From: a virus
Lineage: Duplodnaviria; Caudoviricetes
Length of the DNA: 64,000 nucleotides
IMG/VR virus record: IMGVR_UViG_3300048631_000217
Direction: 5' to 3' (one strand)
Below the pieces are notes generated by a model. It saw nothing but the letters and a program-made list of their open reading frames with translations, searched no databases and was not told the DNA's origin. The position numbers and the translations under genes are program-made. This document shows, piece after piece, positions 47,080 to 56,780 of the stretch (the stretch's first letter is position 1; each line of letters starts with the position of its first letter).

Positions 47080-47819
47080 AACCCTAACCTGTTCTTTGTT
47101 TCTATGTAAGACTTGACCAAGCCGCTTCTGACGATATCCGAAGTGTCAAACTCGACTATATCGAATTCATCCATGTTCTCTAGGATACGGATCATCTTCG
47201 GGAAGCCGCTTTCCTCTCTCTGGCGCATGTTTTCTAAATCATTCTGGGCCGTGTCTCCGCAAAAGATGACCCGGCAGTTATGTCCTATTCTGGTCAGAAT
47301 GGTATCCAGTTCATGAAAGGTCATGTTCTGGCATTCATCAACTATGACGATACTGTCTTCGAATTCTGCCCCGCGTAGGAAAGATGTGCTATGAAACTGA
47401 AACTTATGGGTCTGTTTCAGTGTGGCAAAACCGTCTTCCCTATCACAGATTTTGTTAACGTGCCCAATGGCGACGTTTTCGAATTGTTCCGTCTTTTCGC
47501 CGATCCCGCCCGGCATGAACCCCATATTCCGCGTTTGGACTGTGGAACGTATGTAGCAAATCTTTTCATAATTCCGAAGTCTTAGGACTTGGTTCAGGGC
47601 GAACCAGAACGCAAGGAATGTCTTCCCTGTTCCGGCACTACCCATCAAACAAAGTTGATACCCTTCGTCCCATGCGTCCTTAGCTGCTTTCTGTCCTTCT
47701 GTCAACGCTTTGATAGTCGGATTAACCTGATATCTCTTTGCGTTTAGTTCCCCGTTTATGTCAATCACTCCATCACGCTTCATTTGTCTGAGTTCTTTTC
47801 TGGATGGGGTTGCGGGCAT
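47076..47819 (-). CDS. phoH: PhoH-like ATPase
   Basis: GSAGTGKTFLA; MGFMPG; FLRG; IVDECQN; IFCGD..QNDL; DIVRSGLV. Confidence 0.92.
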   Translation of the reverse strand: MPATPSRKELRQMKRDGVIDINGELNAKRYQVNPTIKALTEGQKAAKDAWDEGYQLCLMGSAGTGKTFLAFWFALNQVLRLRNYEKICYIRSTVQTRNMGFMPGGIGEKTEQFENVAIGHVNKICDREDGFATLKQTHKFQFHSTSFLRGAEFEDSIVIVDECQNMTFHELDTILTRIGHNCRVIFCGDTAQNDLENMRQREESGFPKMIRILENMDEFDIVEFDTSDIVRSGLVKSYIETKNRLGL

Positions 47820-47829
47820 TTAGGACTCC

Positions 47830-48066
47830 CTATCTTGTTTCGATTGTCGAATGCCTGTGATGACTCTTGATGTTCTTCAGAACGTCATTGAACCCATCAC
47901 TGTGCCGATGGATACCAAGACGTACCGAATCCCCAAGGGACGGGGCCTTCGTCAATATCTGTTGAATGTCTGGATTGTTTTGTAAGAACGTTTCACGATC
48001 TGCAATGGTCATCTGTTTTTCGAAGACTTCACCAGTTTCTTTATTCTTGAAAGAATAGAGGGGCAT
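47830..48066 (-). CDS. FmdB-like small protein
   Basis: MPLYSFKNKETGEVFE...; DGFNDVL. Confidence 0.65.
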   Translation of the reverse strand: MPLYSFKNKETGEVFEKQMTIADRETFLQNNPDIQQILTKAPSLGDSVRLGIHRHSDGFNDVLKNIKSHHRHSTIETR

Positions 48067-48148
48067 TATCAATTTCTCCTTAAAAGAAAGCACCCCGTAG
48101 GGTGCTTGTGGTTCCTACCACAGTATTTAGAATGATGGGGGTTTATCT

Positions 48149-48361
48149 CTAGTCAACACTACATGCGCTGATCGCGCTTTTTAGGTCCATGATAGAGATA
48201 GTAGTGGTTTCGTTACCTATGGTGATTTGTACCCTTCCTTTCGAATCCGATTTGACAATCACTTTATCACCAAGTTTGGCGGTTTCTTCCAACCTGCTAA
48301 TATCCGCCGTCACGTTCACGCTCATATTATACCACATCCTTTTCGTCTGCATGATAGTCAA
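48149..48361 (-). CDS. Hypothetical protein
   Basis: ORF. Confidence 0.45.
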   Translation of the reverse strand: MTIMQTKRMWYNMSVNVTADISRLEETAKLGDKVIVKSDSKGRVQITIGNETTTISIMDLKSAISACSVD

Positions 48362-48551
48362 ATTCTTCCAAGGTCATTGGGTCTTCCTGCATTTCAGCAA
48401 AAGCTTCACCTAATGCTGTTACACCACCACCACGTTTAAGAACCTTTTCAATAGATTCGTATCCTTTTGCCGTCAAGGCGGCGTCTGTCTTGTTGTCGAA
48501 AATGACGCCTTCGGATTTGTCACTGTTCCAGACGATATAGTATCGTTTCAC
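48327..48551 (-). CDS. Hypothetical protein
   Basis: ORF. Confidence 0.5.
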   Translation of the reverse strand: MKRYYIVWNSDKSEGVIFDNKTDAALTAKGYESIEKVLKRGGGVTALGEAFAEMQEDPMTLEEFDYHADEKDVV

Positions 48552-49157
48552 CTAGTCATACCTTCCTTTGGTATCCTTGCGGGCGACATAATGCTGCAAC
48601 AGGGACCAACTGTCAACATGGGTGATGTTCGGGTGTTGGAAATCCCTGTTGTATAGGTGTGTCATCAGGTAGGTTTCGTACCCCATTTCCGCCCCGACAA
48701 CCGCGTTTTCGGGTTTATCCTCGACCCACACTACCCGGTCAAAATCCCGGTATGCAGCAAGGGCCTCGTCCTTATCAGCCCCTAGGGGTAGGCACTGGAT
48801 TTCCGAAAACGCATTCCCGAACCTAGCTTGCAGAACCATGGTCCGATGTGCAACCGCTTCCGGTTCCTGACAGAATGAGGTGATGACCCGGATATCATAC
48901 CCGACATCTTTCCAATGAGACACCACTTCCACGGCCCCGCGCCTGTCATCAAGGAAGGCGCATGTATTGGATGTGTTGAATTGGAAGACCAGTTCACGTT
49001 TCTTTTCTTGGCTGATACCGTAGATCGTTCCTAGGTCATAGACATTACCGACTGTAGGATCAACCTCATATCCCCGGTGCCGCATCCATTTTCGGAAACC
49101 GGGTTCCCAATCAAGAAGAACCCCGTCACAATCAAGTAGAATAACATCTTTAGTCAT
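48552..49157 (-). CDS. HAD-family phosphatase / 5'-nucleotidase (T4 30.2-like)
   Basis: LLDCDGVLLDW; VITS; WVEDKPEN. Confidence 0.8.
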   Translation of the reverse strand: MTKDVILLDCDGVLLDWEPGFRKWMRHRGYEVDPTVGNVYDLGTIYGISQEKKRELVFQFNTSNTCAFLDDRRGAVEVVSHWKDVGYDIRVITSFCQEPEAVAHRTMVLQARFGNAFSEIQCLPLGADKDEALAAYRDFDRVVWVEDKPENAVVGAEMGYETYLMTHLYNRDFQHPNITHVDSWSLLQHYVARKDTKGRYD

Positions 49158-49285
49158 TTAGATAAGACTGCTTTGCTTGCAAACGCGCCCGACGAACCTT
49201 GGTGAATTTCTTCTTCTTGTACCGCTTCCGGTCCTTGTATTCGTCACGCGCCCATTCATCATCATTATAAGCCTTCTTCGGCTTA

Positions 49286-49723
49286 TCACTCTTCTTTGTC
49301 ACCACCGGCCCCTTGAATGATGTTTCCTAATGCCAGATTGATCGTCCGAACGGTCACGCCCTTGACAGGTTCCTTGGTCAACATTTTCAGGAAAATCTTG
49401 GCATCGTCTGCGTGTACCGTTTCCAGCAATTCGATGAAGACGTTTTCTCGCTTTCCTTGATTCATTTCATCGAACCCGAACCCGGCAACGAAATATTTCA
49501 GCTTCCGGCATTCCCTTTGCCATGCCCCATGGTTTTCGGCATCAGAAGGTTTGTAGGGTGGGGCCGTATCCGGTAGCAGGATTTTTTTAGTTTTGTCATA
49601 AATGAGAATGAGAATGTTTCTCAGTTCAAGGCTGTTGTGGCTTTTCAGGTATTCGACCTTTTCGGCCCGAGTCGAAATCTCTCCGGTCTTGGTCAAGATC
49701 TCGGCTAGTGAAGGTTGCATCAA
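49286..49723 (-). CDS. Conserved T4-like hypothetical protein upstream-linked to RNase H
   Basis: LP...PPYKP; KRENVFIELLETVH..DA. Confidence 0.7.
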   Translation of the reverse strand: MMQPSLAEILTKTGEISTRAEKVEYLKSHNSLELRNILILIYDKTKKILLPDTAPPYKPSDAENHGAWQRECRKLKYFVAGFGFDEMNQGKRENVFIELLETVHADDAKIFLKMLTKEPVKGVTVRTINLALGNIIQGAGGDKEE

Positions 49724-50571
49724 AATTCTCCGATATTTTCTAGTAGGTTGCGTAATCCCTTTTTGACCAGATAGGGATACAGGTTCTTACGACTCGGCAC
49801 ATTCACGTTGTCGTATTGGTCAAGGATTTTACTTTGAAGTTCTTCAGGGACTTCCCGAAGGTCGATCAATTGTCGGTTACGTTCGATCCTCTTGGCGGTA
49901 GCCTCATCAACATTAGCAGGGTCTTGCCATGCCGCCAACCTCTTTTGAGTGATTGGCTTCTGGCGAATTTTCATCACCAAAGCATCATCCGCCGACAGAA
50001 CGTTCGGAACACCATCCCCGGAATCCCCTTTCATGATATGCTCATACAGGTATGTTTCGGGATCGTTATGGGTGACGTATTCGTCGGTTCTCGGGTTGTA
50101 CTGGCGCACATTCCCGTATGTGTGTAGCTGGATATAGTCTTTGTCTCCTGACAGGATCAGGATAGGTTCGCCGGTATTCATGACATTGCCATAGGTATGG
50201 CATAAGGTGCCAATGATATCATCGGCTTCTGCCTTATCCACCAGCAATGTCTTGTAAGGTAGGTTCTGTCCGATTTCATCGCGGATGTTGTGCAAGGCTC
50301 GCATGATCGTCGGCCAGTCAAGTTCGTCCTTGTCCCGGCTTTCCTTTCGGTTGGCCTTGTAGAGCGGGAACACGTCTTTTCGCCAGTATCCGGGGCCGTC
50401 TGCACATATGATGATGTCTCCGTAATCCTTTCGGAACATCTTGTTGTACTTTCGGACGGTATTGAGGATCATATGTCGGATCATGCCTTCATCTACCTTG
50501 GCATTCCGATGATTCCCTAGTTGCACCATCAGGTTGGATATCATGACCTGACTTAGATCGCATAGTAACAT
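49720..50571 (-). CDS. rnh: T4 RNase H (5'-3' exonuclease)
   Basis: YWRKDVFPLYKANRK; EADDIIG; SGDKDYIQL; GDSGDGVPN. Confidence 0.93.
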   Translation of the reverse strand: MLLCDLSQVMISNLMVQLGNHRNAKVDEGMIRHMILNTVRKYNKMFRKDYGDIIICADGPGYWRKDVFPLYKANRKESRDKDELDWPTIMRALHNIRDEIGQNLPYKTLLVDKAEADDIIGTLCHTYGNVMNTGEPILILSGDKDYIQLHTYGNVRQYNPRTDEYVTHNDPETYLYEHIMKGDSGDGVPNVLSADDALVMKIRQKPITQKRLAAWQDPANVDEATAKRIERNRQLIDLREVPEELQSKILDQYDNVNVPSRKNLYPYLVKKGLRNLLENIGEF

Positions 50572-50574
50572 TTT

Positions 50575-51705
50575 TCAAAAAACCTTTAGGATGATCGTGT
50601 CATTACTTAGTCTTCCTGTAGCACTTTGCGGCTTTGTCTTCAATGTTCGAAACAGCTTCTCGGTACGAATCCGTGTCCCTGTCGTGAATTGGCCGATATT
50701 CTCTTCGGCCTTGCGGATTGTTTTCTTGACGGACAGGGTTTCGTCAAGATCCTGAATCGTCGTGCCCTTGATGCTGAACCCTTTAGGATTCGCACATACC
50801 AGATAGGAAAGGGTGTTATATCTTGTGTTGAAAATATAGGCAGTCTTTGCCCCAAGTATTTTCTCGGGCGGCAGACTGACCAATTTCAGGGCCGGGTCCG
50901 CTGTCTTGTATTGGACCTTGGAAACCTGTTGTGCCGTGGATTTGACACGGGGTTTGCGAGTCTTCCGCACAGCTTTCTTGGCCACAAGATACCGTTCGAT
51001 ATCGGCTATAATATGGCAAATGAATTCTTTCTGACGTTTCTGGTGAAGGGGTTTCAGGTGACGATACCCCTCTTTCAAATCATCATCCCCCTTTCCACTG
51101 ACCAGAAGAGTTAACTCTTGTGACAAAGGTTTATAGTAGTCTTGGACCGCCTTTGCCAGATTATAGGGCGCATCTATCGCCGTCAGTTCGTTGTAGGGGC
51201 TGTACTCCATGAAGCTACTATGCTTCAGTGGGGAATAGGTTTCAACCACTTTCTCAACTTCGTAGATGAAGTCCAGCGTTCGTTCCCTTACGATTTCGGC
51301 GGGGGTCTTGCTTGGGCCGATTGCGGCCTCTTGGGTAGGCGGGGGAATGGACGCGGCAAGGTTTATCGTTTCCTGCGCCTTCCTGTCGAACCAAGCTTGC
51401 GACTTGGGGGGCAGGATACCCCCGTGCATCTGGATCTTGGCCAATGCCCCCAAGGTTGTCGATACCTGCCACGAATCAAGCTTGGTCACAGCCTCGCGCA
51501 GTTCCTTGCGATTATGATTCTTGGCCCATGTCTTCAACCATTTCACGGAATCCTTGTGATCGTGAAAATAGCTGTAATATCTCAAAGCCTGTCGAATTTG
51601 TGTTTCGGTCGCGGCTTCTTCAGGCCAGTCTAGGATCTCGGAACCGATATGGCGTTCCTCGACTACTCTAGACCTGTCTGGACGTATGGTCTTTTTCTTC
51701 CTCAT
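50575..51705 (-). CDS. Conserved T4-like hypothetical protein
   Basis: LKEGY; FNTRY; GFSIKGTTI; KTIRK; GRLSNDTIILKVF. Confidence 0.7.
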   Translation of the reverse strand: MRKKKTIRPDRSRVVEERHIGSEILDWPEEAATETQIRQALRYYSYFHDHKDSVKWLKTWAKNHNRKELREAVTKLDSWQVSTTLGALAKIQMHGGILPPKSQAWFDRKAQETINLAASIPPPTQEAAIGPSKTPAEIVRERTLDFIYEVEKVVETYSPLKHSSFMEYSPYNELTAIDAPYNLAKAVQDYYKPLSQELTLLVSGKGDDDLKEGYRHLKPLHQKRQKEFICHIIADIERYLVAKKAVRKTRKPRVKSTAQQVSKVQYKTADPALKLVSLPPEKILGAKTAYIFNTRYNTLSYLVCANPKGFSIKGTTIQDLDETLSVKKTIRKAEENIGQFTTGTRIRTEKLFRTLKTKPQSATGRLSNDTIILKVF

Positions 51706-52586
51706 TCATCCAATACTTCTCTGACGAGTTCGACCCACCTTTCGCGTAGACCATCTAAGGTATGGTTCGGGTGAGTGGTCGCAACATTATTACCACTTTC
51801 TACGGCATCTGTCAAGGTGTTATAAAGCCTCACAAGATGTTCCTCATTATTTTCAGTGAACCCGTACATGCGAGTTCTACCCATTGCAGTTTCGGGCAAT
51901 GCCCCCAGACTTGAATGGACGCATTCACAACCGGCACTCATAGCCTCGATCAATGCCAGACATGATGTTTCCGGCCAAATAGAGGGTAAAGTCCAGATAT
52001 GACTTTGAGTCAACTCTTTTCTAACTTCGTCGTTGGGAATGGAGCGGGTATAAGAGATCTTCGGGTGCGACTTCAGTTTTTCGAAAAGTGTAGTATATTC
52101 CTTGTCTCTCTCACCCCATCCGTAAAGGTCGAAGGATGAACATACCCGAAGCCTTAGATCATACTCTTGACAAAGTTCAGAAAACACGATATAAAGGTGT
52201 TCAAGGCCCCTATGTGGGGTCGATGTGTAAATGATCTGTTTCGGGCCTTCGGGCTTCGTGTGTGCCGGGATCGGTTCAATCGCGTTTTCAATCACGGTCC
52301 CGGTAGAATATGGAACCCCTAACACGGCGGCATACATTTGCTGTTGCCAATTTGACACAAACACCAACCTGTCGAATCTCTGCCATCCCCCATCCCGAAG
52401 ATGTTGAGACTCTGGATCATTCGGTAGGTCATGCAACACCAATATGTTAGGTCGATCTGATGAAACATTCCTTACCCGGCTATGGATGATGTTGATTTTA
52501 TCATCAAGGCCAGCATCTTTCATGATTCGGTCGATCCGCCCGGCCATTAACTCTGTACCACCCCGCGCAATCTTGTTAGTCATCAC
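51702..52586 (-). CDS. Glycosyltransferase (GT-B fold)
   Basis: GGTE; VFVSNWQ; IYTSTPHRGL; PSIWPETSCLALIEAMSAG; GALPET. Confidence 0.85.
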   Translation of the reverse strand: MMTNKIARGGTELMAGRIDRIMKDAGLDDKINIIHSRVRNVSSDRPNILVLHDLPNDPESQHLRDGGWQRFDRLVFVSNWQQQMYAAVLGVPYSTGTVIENAIEPIPAHTKPEGPKQIIYTSTPHRGLEHLYIVFSELCQEYDLRLRVCSSFDLYGWGERDKEYTTLFEKLKSHPKISYTRSIPNDEVRKELTQSHIWTLPSIWPETSCLALIEAMSAGCECVHSSLGALPETAMGRTRMYGFTENNEEHLVRLYNTLTDAVESGNNVATTHPNHTLDGLRERWVELVREVLDE

Positions 52587-52710
52587 TCTATCCCATTTCT
52601 AATTTTGTAACACAAATTTTCGTAATACATCGCCCGCTTGTGGCACAGACGATAGTTGTTCTGAAGGTCAATCACCTGTTGCCGTAGAGACTGGATGATT
52701 TGCTCGTTTT

Positions 52711-53358
52711 CTAGAGACTTGCCTTCGTCCCATTGATCTGTGTAATCTTGTCCCATGTGATACTGCGCCACCCTTCCGCTTCCACGTCATAGACCGGATA
52801 GATATGGTCCGGTGTCTCTTTTTTCGGTTTGTTTGAAATCGCTTCTTCAAGATCAACCTGCGGGGGTAATAGATCGGCTTTGCGGGTGGCCCGCATGACA
52901 CGTTCGCTTCCATCTTTCTTGGTGAAAACGATTGTCACCACATCCGCCGCCAACATGTCCTTTACCTTGTCTCTATCAAGTTCGGATACTGACAGGTATT
53001 CATGTCGCCGTCCAGCATAGAATTTGACCAGTGCGGCCAGAGTGTCAAAGTTCCGTTTCGATTCAGCAACCGACTTTTCGATCTCGGTAAGTAGGTCAAA
53101 TAGCGATTCTGCTGGCGTCTTTTCCGGCATCTGGTAATCTTCGAGATATCGCCGTAACGATTCATATCCGCCGATATGATCAGATTCGTTAAAGACTTGA
53201 GGCACGGTTCTGGCTTCGGGGTATAACCGTTTCAGTTCTGACAGGTTATTCGTGTCTTGTACATTCTTGTAAATGTATTTCAAAGACCGTGAATTCAATA
53301 AGGCAGTAGCTTCATCGCACCACTTGCAATCAGTCTTTCCAAAAATAACAAACATCAA
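52711..53358 (-). CDS. Glutaredoxin fused to a WYL/SH3-like domain
   Basis: CKWC...TVPQVF...IGGY; C-term FTKKDGSERVMRAT...YDVEAEGWRS. Confidence 0.75.
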   Translation of the reverse strand: MMFVIFGKTDCKWCDEATALLNSRSLKYIYKNVQDTNNLSELKRLYPEARTVPQVFNESDHIGGYESLRRYLEDYQMPEKTPAESLFDLLTEIEKSVAESKRNFDTLAALVKFYAGRRHEYLSVSELDRDKVKDMLAADVVTIVFTKKDGSERVMRATRKADLLPPQVDLEEAISNKPKKETPDHIYPVYDVEAEGWRSITWDKITQINGTKASL

Positions 53359-53359
53359 A

Positions 53360-53710
53360 TCAATCCTTTATGAAAATTACTTCAATGCCCGACTTACGGG
53401 CAAGTTCGGTCATCATTGCTGTACCTCTCCCGCCCGGAAAGGCAATGACCAGTTCTATATCGTTACGTTGTATCATTTCGGCATTGCGCTGATACCCGGC
53501 ACTCTTGTTGCCGATCTTTTTCCACTTGGCCGGGAATCCGCGATAATTGACTTCATTCGCCTTTGCCCAATCTTCGGCCAAGGTATCGGCCCCGTCAGCC
53601 GCGCCATGAACGATTGTCAAATTCGCATACCGCAGGTATTCGGACAACACTTCGGCCACCCGAAACCTGTCGGTATAGTCACGCCCGCCGCATACCAATA
53701 TCTGCATTAA
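53360..53710 (-). CDS. SLOG/YspA-like (DUF2493) protein
   Basis: ILVCGGRDY; IVHGAADGAD; AGYQRNAEM; AFPGGRGT. Confidence 0.85.
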   Translation of the reverse strand, partial: LMQILVCGGRDYTDRFRVAEVLSEYLRYANLTIVHGAADGADTLAEDWAKANEVNYRGFPAKWKKIGNKSAGYQRNAEMIQRNDIELVIAFPGGRGTAMMTELARKSGIEVIFIKD

Positions 53711-53958
53711 ACAAACTCGGCTCCGCAAATTTGGCACAATTTATAGTCTTCCTTACAGTCTGCATAACAGACCCCTATCTCTGACATTTCGCAAGGTGAA
53801 TCTTCATAGATCATCATCATTTCCAGTTCAAGCCCGGTCTTTTCTTTGACGAATTCTCTATAGATTTCTGCTGCCCGAATATACGCATCTTCGGTCAATT
53901 CCATGTATAGCTTGTGGGCTTTATATGCCGCCTGATCAGCGGCAAGGTTCTTGTTCAT
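53707..53958 (-). CDS. Hypothetical protein with C-terminal Cys cluster
   Basis: ORF. Confidence 0.5.
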   Translation of the reverse strand: MNKNLAADQAAYKAHKLYMELTEDAYIRAAEIYREFVKEKTGLELEMMMIYEDSPCEMSEIGVCYADCKEDYKLCQICGAEFV

Positions 53959-54427
53959 AGGCTCTACCTCTCGCGATACCGTCTGCCCCGAAGGACGCCG
54001 CCCACGATTCGGGCTTCAGCTTCGGAACCTGTTGCGTCACCCCCAATACGTATCCTGCCGCTTGCGTGGCAACGCAGCTTGACCCGTATTTCGGATCTTT
54101 GTTGATATCAAGATGGATCTCGATATCATATTCGTCAATCAAGGGGTAAAGTTGTTGATACATTTCAACAACCTTGTAGACTTCGTTCATCAGACGAAGC
54201 GAAGGTCTTTTCTTGGATGAATCATAGTCACGTTCCCGTGTGATTGTCCGAAAGACCTTGCAACCGTTCTTCCCGTTCATGTGAACGATTGCAACGGTTG
54301 CATATTTCGCCCACCATTGTCCGTTTTTCTTGTAACGAATTGAATCGCACCCCATGTAGATTTTTGTATCTTTCGATAAAGTTGCCAACAAATCTACCAG
54401 TTCTTCGACATGTCTTTCATGTAACAT
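53936..54427 (-). CDS. RNase H-like YkuK family protein
   Basis: IYMGCDS; RLMNEV; EIHLDIN; KP.SWAASFGAD. Confidence 0.8.
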   Translation of the reverse strand: MLHERHVEELVDLLATLSKDTKIYMGCDSIRYKKNGQWWAKYATVAIVHMNGKNGCKVFRTITRERDYDSSKKRPSLRLMNEVYKVVEMYQQLYPLIDEYDIEIHLDINKDPKYGSSCVATQAAGYVLGVTQQVPKLKPESWAASFGADGIARGRAYEQEPCR

Positions 54428-54453
54428 AGCCTCACCTTTCGGTACGTGAGGCT

Positions 54454-54903
54454 TCAGAAGTCGGCTACACCCTGCCCCACGTCAAATACAAAAATGCCAT
54501 TTTCGATCCACATATCACAGACTCGTTTCCGATCATCCACGACAAAATCAGGCTTTCTTCCCCATTCCGCCACGATCTGATCTAGTATCTCGCGTTTGAT
54601 GATAGCGTCAGAACGGTAATCGCCTTCGGGTCGCATGTAAAGCTTCTTCCAGCCGATTACCCAATTATTTACCAACCAATTTTCGGTCACTTCTCGGGAT
54701 TGCTCGCCCCTACCGGAAGCCAACAAAACGTCATTGTTATCGACAAATGCTTGAAACATGTCGATAACGGGTTGGTTCGGAGAATCGAATGGAATACCTT
54801 TTTCGAAGGCTTTCCAGTTCTTCGGTTTGGTTTGAACGAACCCGCGCCGATGTTTGATATCCGCAAGGGTTCCGTCAATGTCGAACACGATCAATTTTTT
54901 CAT
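54454..54903 (-). CDS. Polynucleotide 3'-phosphatase (stand-alone PseT HAD domain)
   Basis: VFDIDGTLA; SGR; LYMRPEGDYRSDAIIK; VDDR. Confidence 0.85.
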   Translation of the reverse strand: MKKLIVFDIDGTLADIKHRRGFVQTKPKNWKAFEKGIPFDSPNQPVIDMFQAFVDNNDVLLASGRGEQSREVTENWLVNNWVIGWKKLYMRPEGDYRSDAIIKREILDQIVAEWGRKPDFVVDDRKRVCDMWIENGIFVFDVGQGVADF

Positions 54904-55091
54904 GTATTCTTTACCAACCAATCAATCAGCTTACCGATTAGAACAAAGATCGTGCTGAATACGATCAACCAGAATTCGAGTCCGATGAACGCGACAACGA
55001 ATTCTCCAAACTGCCCTTCCTTGGGGTCAAGTGACAAGGCGTAGAGCAACGCAAGGAAGAAGCAAACCATTGTCAGAATTTTGAACCACAT
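54900..55091 (-). CDS. Small 2-TM membrane protein
   Basis: Two hydrophobic segments. Confidence 0.55.
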   Translation of the reverse strand: MWFKILTMVCFFLALLYALSLDPKEGQFGEFVVAFIGLEFWLIVFSTIFVLIGKLIDWLVKNT

Positions 55092-55143
55092 CTTACAATC
55101 CCCTTTCTACTCCGAGATAGATATAATGCCGATCACCAAAATG

Positions 55144-55668
55144 TCAAGTGTATTTCCGTGCCACTTCTTGCACATATTCAGGCGAGGCGTTCCCCAAATC
55201 CGAACCTGTCGGGCAGGTATGGTAGGTATGTCCATAATTCCGCATCTTGTGACCTGAAGTATCTCCATCACATACAGCCACAACCGGGCGATATCCACGA
55301 ACCATTCTCAGCCAAGAATATGTGGTCGGATTGACTTGATATGACAGAATGGCTATGGCAGAATATCCGATACTCGTCAATCGACAGGCATCAAAAACAC
55401 CTTCCGTAACGAACAAGGTTTCAGAAAACTTCCAGCTTTCCATCCCCCAAACCCCTACCCTGTCCCTGCCGATTCGAGTGAAATACCGCCCCTCACGCGG
55501 ATCGTTCTTGCGCGTCTTGTCTGCAAGGGGGCGGTATCTCTGGTATCCGACAAGTTGTCCTGACAGGTTCCATATCGGGAAGGTTACAGAAACCTCATCA
55601 TCGTTCGTCCAGTAGCTATGGACGTTTGGTGACATATGCCTGTCGGATAGGTGTTGTGCGAGATTCAT
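55144..55668 (-). CDS. Toprim-domain primase-like protein
   Basis: FPIWNLSGQLVGYQ; LFVTEGVFDA; VCDGD. Confidence 0.7.
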   Translation of the reverse strand: MNLAQHLSDRHMSPNVHSYWTNDDEVSVTFPIWNLSGQLVGYQRYRPLADKTRKNDPREGRYFTRIGRDRVGVWGMESWKFSETLFVTEGVFDACRLTSIGYSAIAILSYQVNPTTYSWLRMVRGYRPVVAVCDGDTSGHKMRNYGHTYHTCPTGSDLGNASPEYVQEVARKYT

Positions 55669-56003
55669 CCGGTTTTTTGTAAATCCTGTCTGTTGATTGC
55701 CGCAAAACCGTATCCGCGACATATCATCGGACCTCTAGGGTTCAACGGACCTTCGCCGTCTACTAAGATAGACAATTCGCGACCACTCATTACCAGCTTG
55801 CGAGTTGCGCCATGTTCCTTAACCGTCTTCTCAAATTCGGTAAATTCTGGGTCAGTCCACCCACCTTTCGGTTGGGCGTTTGATCCGTTTATAGCTGGCC
55901 ACATACCTCTAATGATGTGGGTATAACCAATCAAAATTCCCAAAACTTTTTCGTATTCCGGTCGATTGTCGTCCGTCAGTTCAACTACTGTCATCATATC
56001 CAT
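55665..56003 (-). CDS. Hypothetical protein
   Basis: ORF. Confidence 0.45.
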   Translation of the reverse strand: MDMMTVVELTDDNRPEYEKVLGILIGYTHIIRGMWPAINGSNAQPKGGWTDPEFTEFEKTVKEHGATRKLVMSGRELSILVDGEGPLNPRGPMICRGYGFAAINRQDLQKTG

Positions 56004-56167
56004 GTTCCGGTGTCATAAGACTTCACCGCCATATTATGTATAATTCGAGTCTCGTTCCCCGAATATACACCACCTTACATATGCGGTCAAGCCTTATCAC
56101 GAACCTTTGTCAAGTAACGTCTACCTAGCCGTTACCGTATAAACCCGGTATGTGACCAAAAGGTTCC

Positions 56168-56563
56168 CTACTTCCGACCTTTTCGGGCCTTCATCATGGA
56201 ATCCGCGACCATATAGGCGTTTTTGGACAAGGTAAGAAGTTTTTTATGCGTGAGTGCTTCGTAACGCCCCATAAGAAAGGCGTTCATGGCGGATACGGCG
56301 AAGGTATCTCGCAAATCCTGCCCATCCCCCTTGCTCGAACCGGCTTCCATAGGCTCATCGAAATCGTCGTCTACCGCTTCCATTTCGGCCACGGTCTGTT
56401 CGGTTGTATCAGGTACGGATTTGATCCGTTCATATGCGTCTAGTGCATTAGCATGATCAAGGGCATCAGAAAGGCTAGGATGTGCGGCATAAAGGTTGCC
56501 GTTCTCACCCAACACCTGATAACTAACAGAACATTTGCGAACAACTTTAAACTTCATGTTCAT
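56168..56563 (-). CDS. Hypothetical protein
   Basis: C-term LRDTFAVSAM...AYMVADSMMKAR, a common phage motif. Confidence 0.6.
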   Translation of the reverse strand: MNMKFKVVRKCSVSYQVLGENGNLYAAHPSLSDALDHANALDAYERIKSVPDTTEQTVAEMEAVDDDFDEPMEAGSSKGDGQDLRDTFAVSAMNAFLMGRYEALTHKKLLTLSKNAYMVADSMMKARKGRK

Positions 56564-56780
56564 TCTACCTCTAGTGGTTTCTGGCAATACAAGCTGTTCT
56601 GATCTACTGTGATACAGTAGCCGTTATGTAGTCGGCTTTCCTCTTCTTTCAAGAATTGCCAGACCAGAAACACAGCTTCCATTGCAAGAAACAGTATCAA
56701 AAAAGTTACTTTCATTCTTCTACGTTGCATATCTTGTTGACCCTACCGAAACGTGTCCGGTAGGGTCAAATCCTCTCTTA

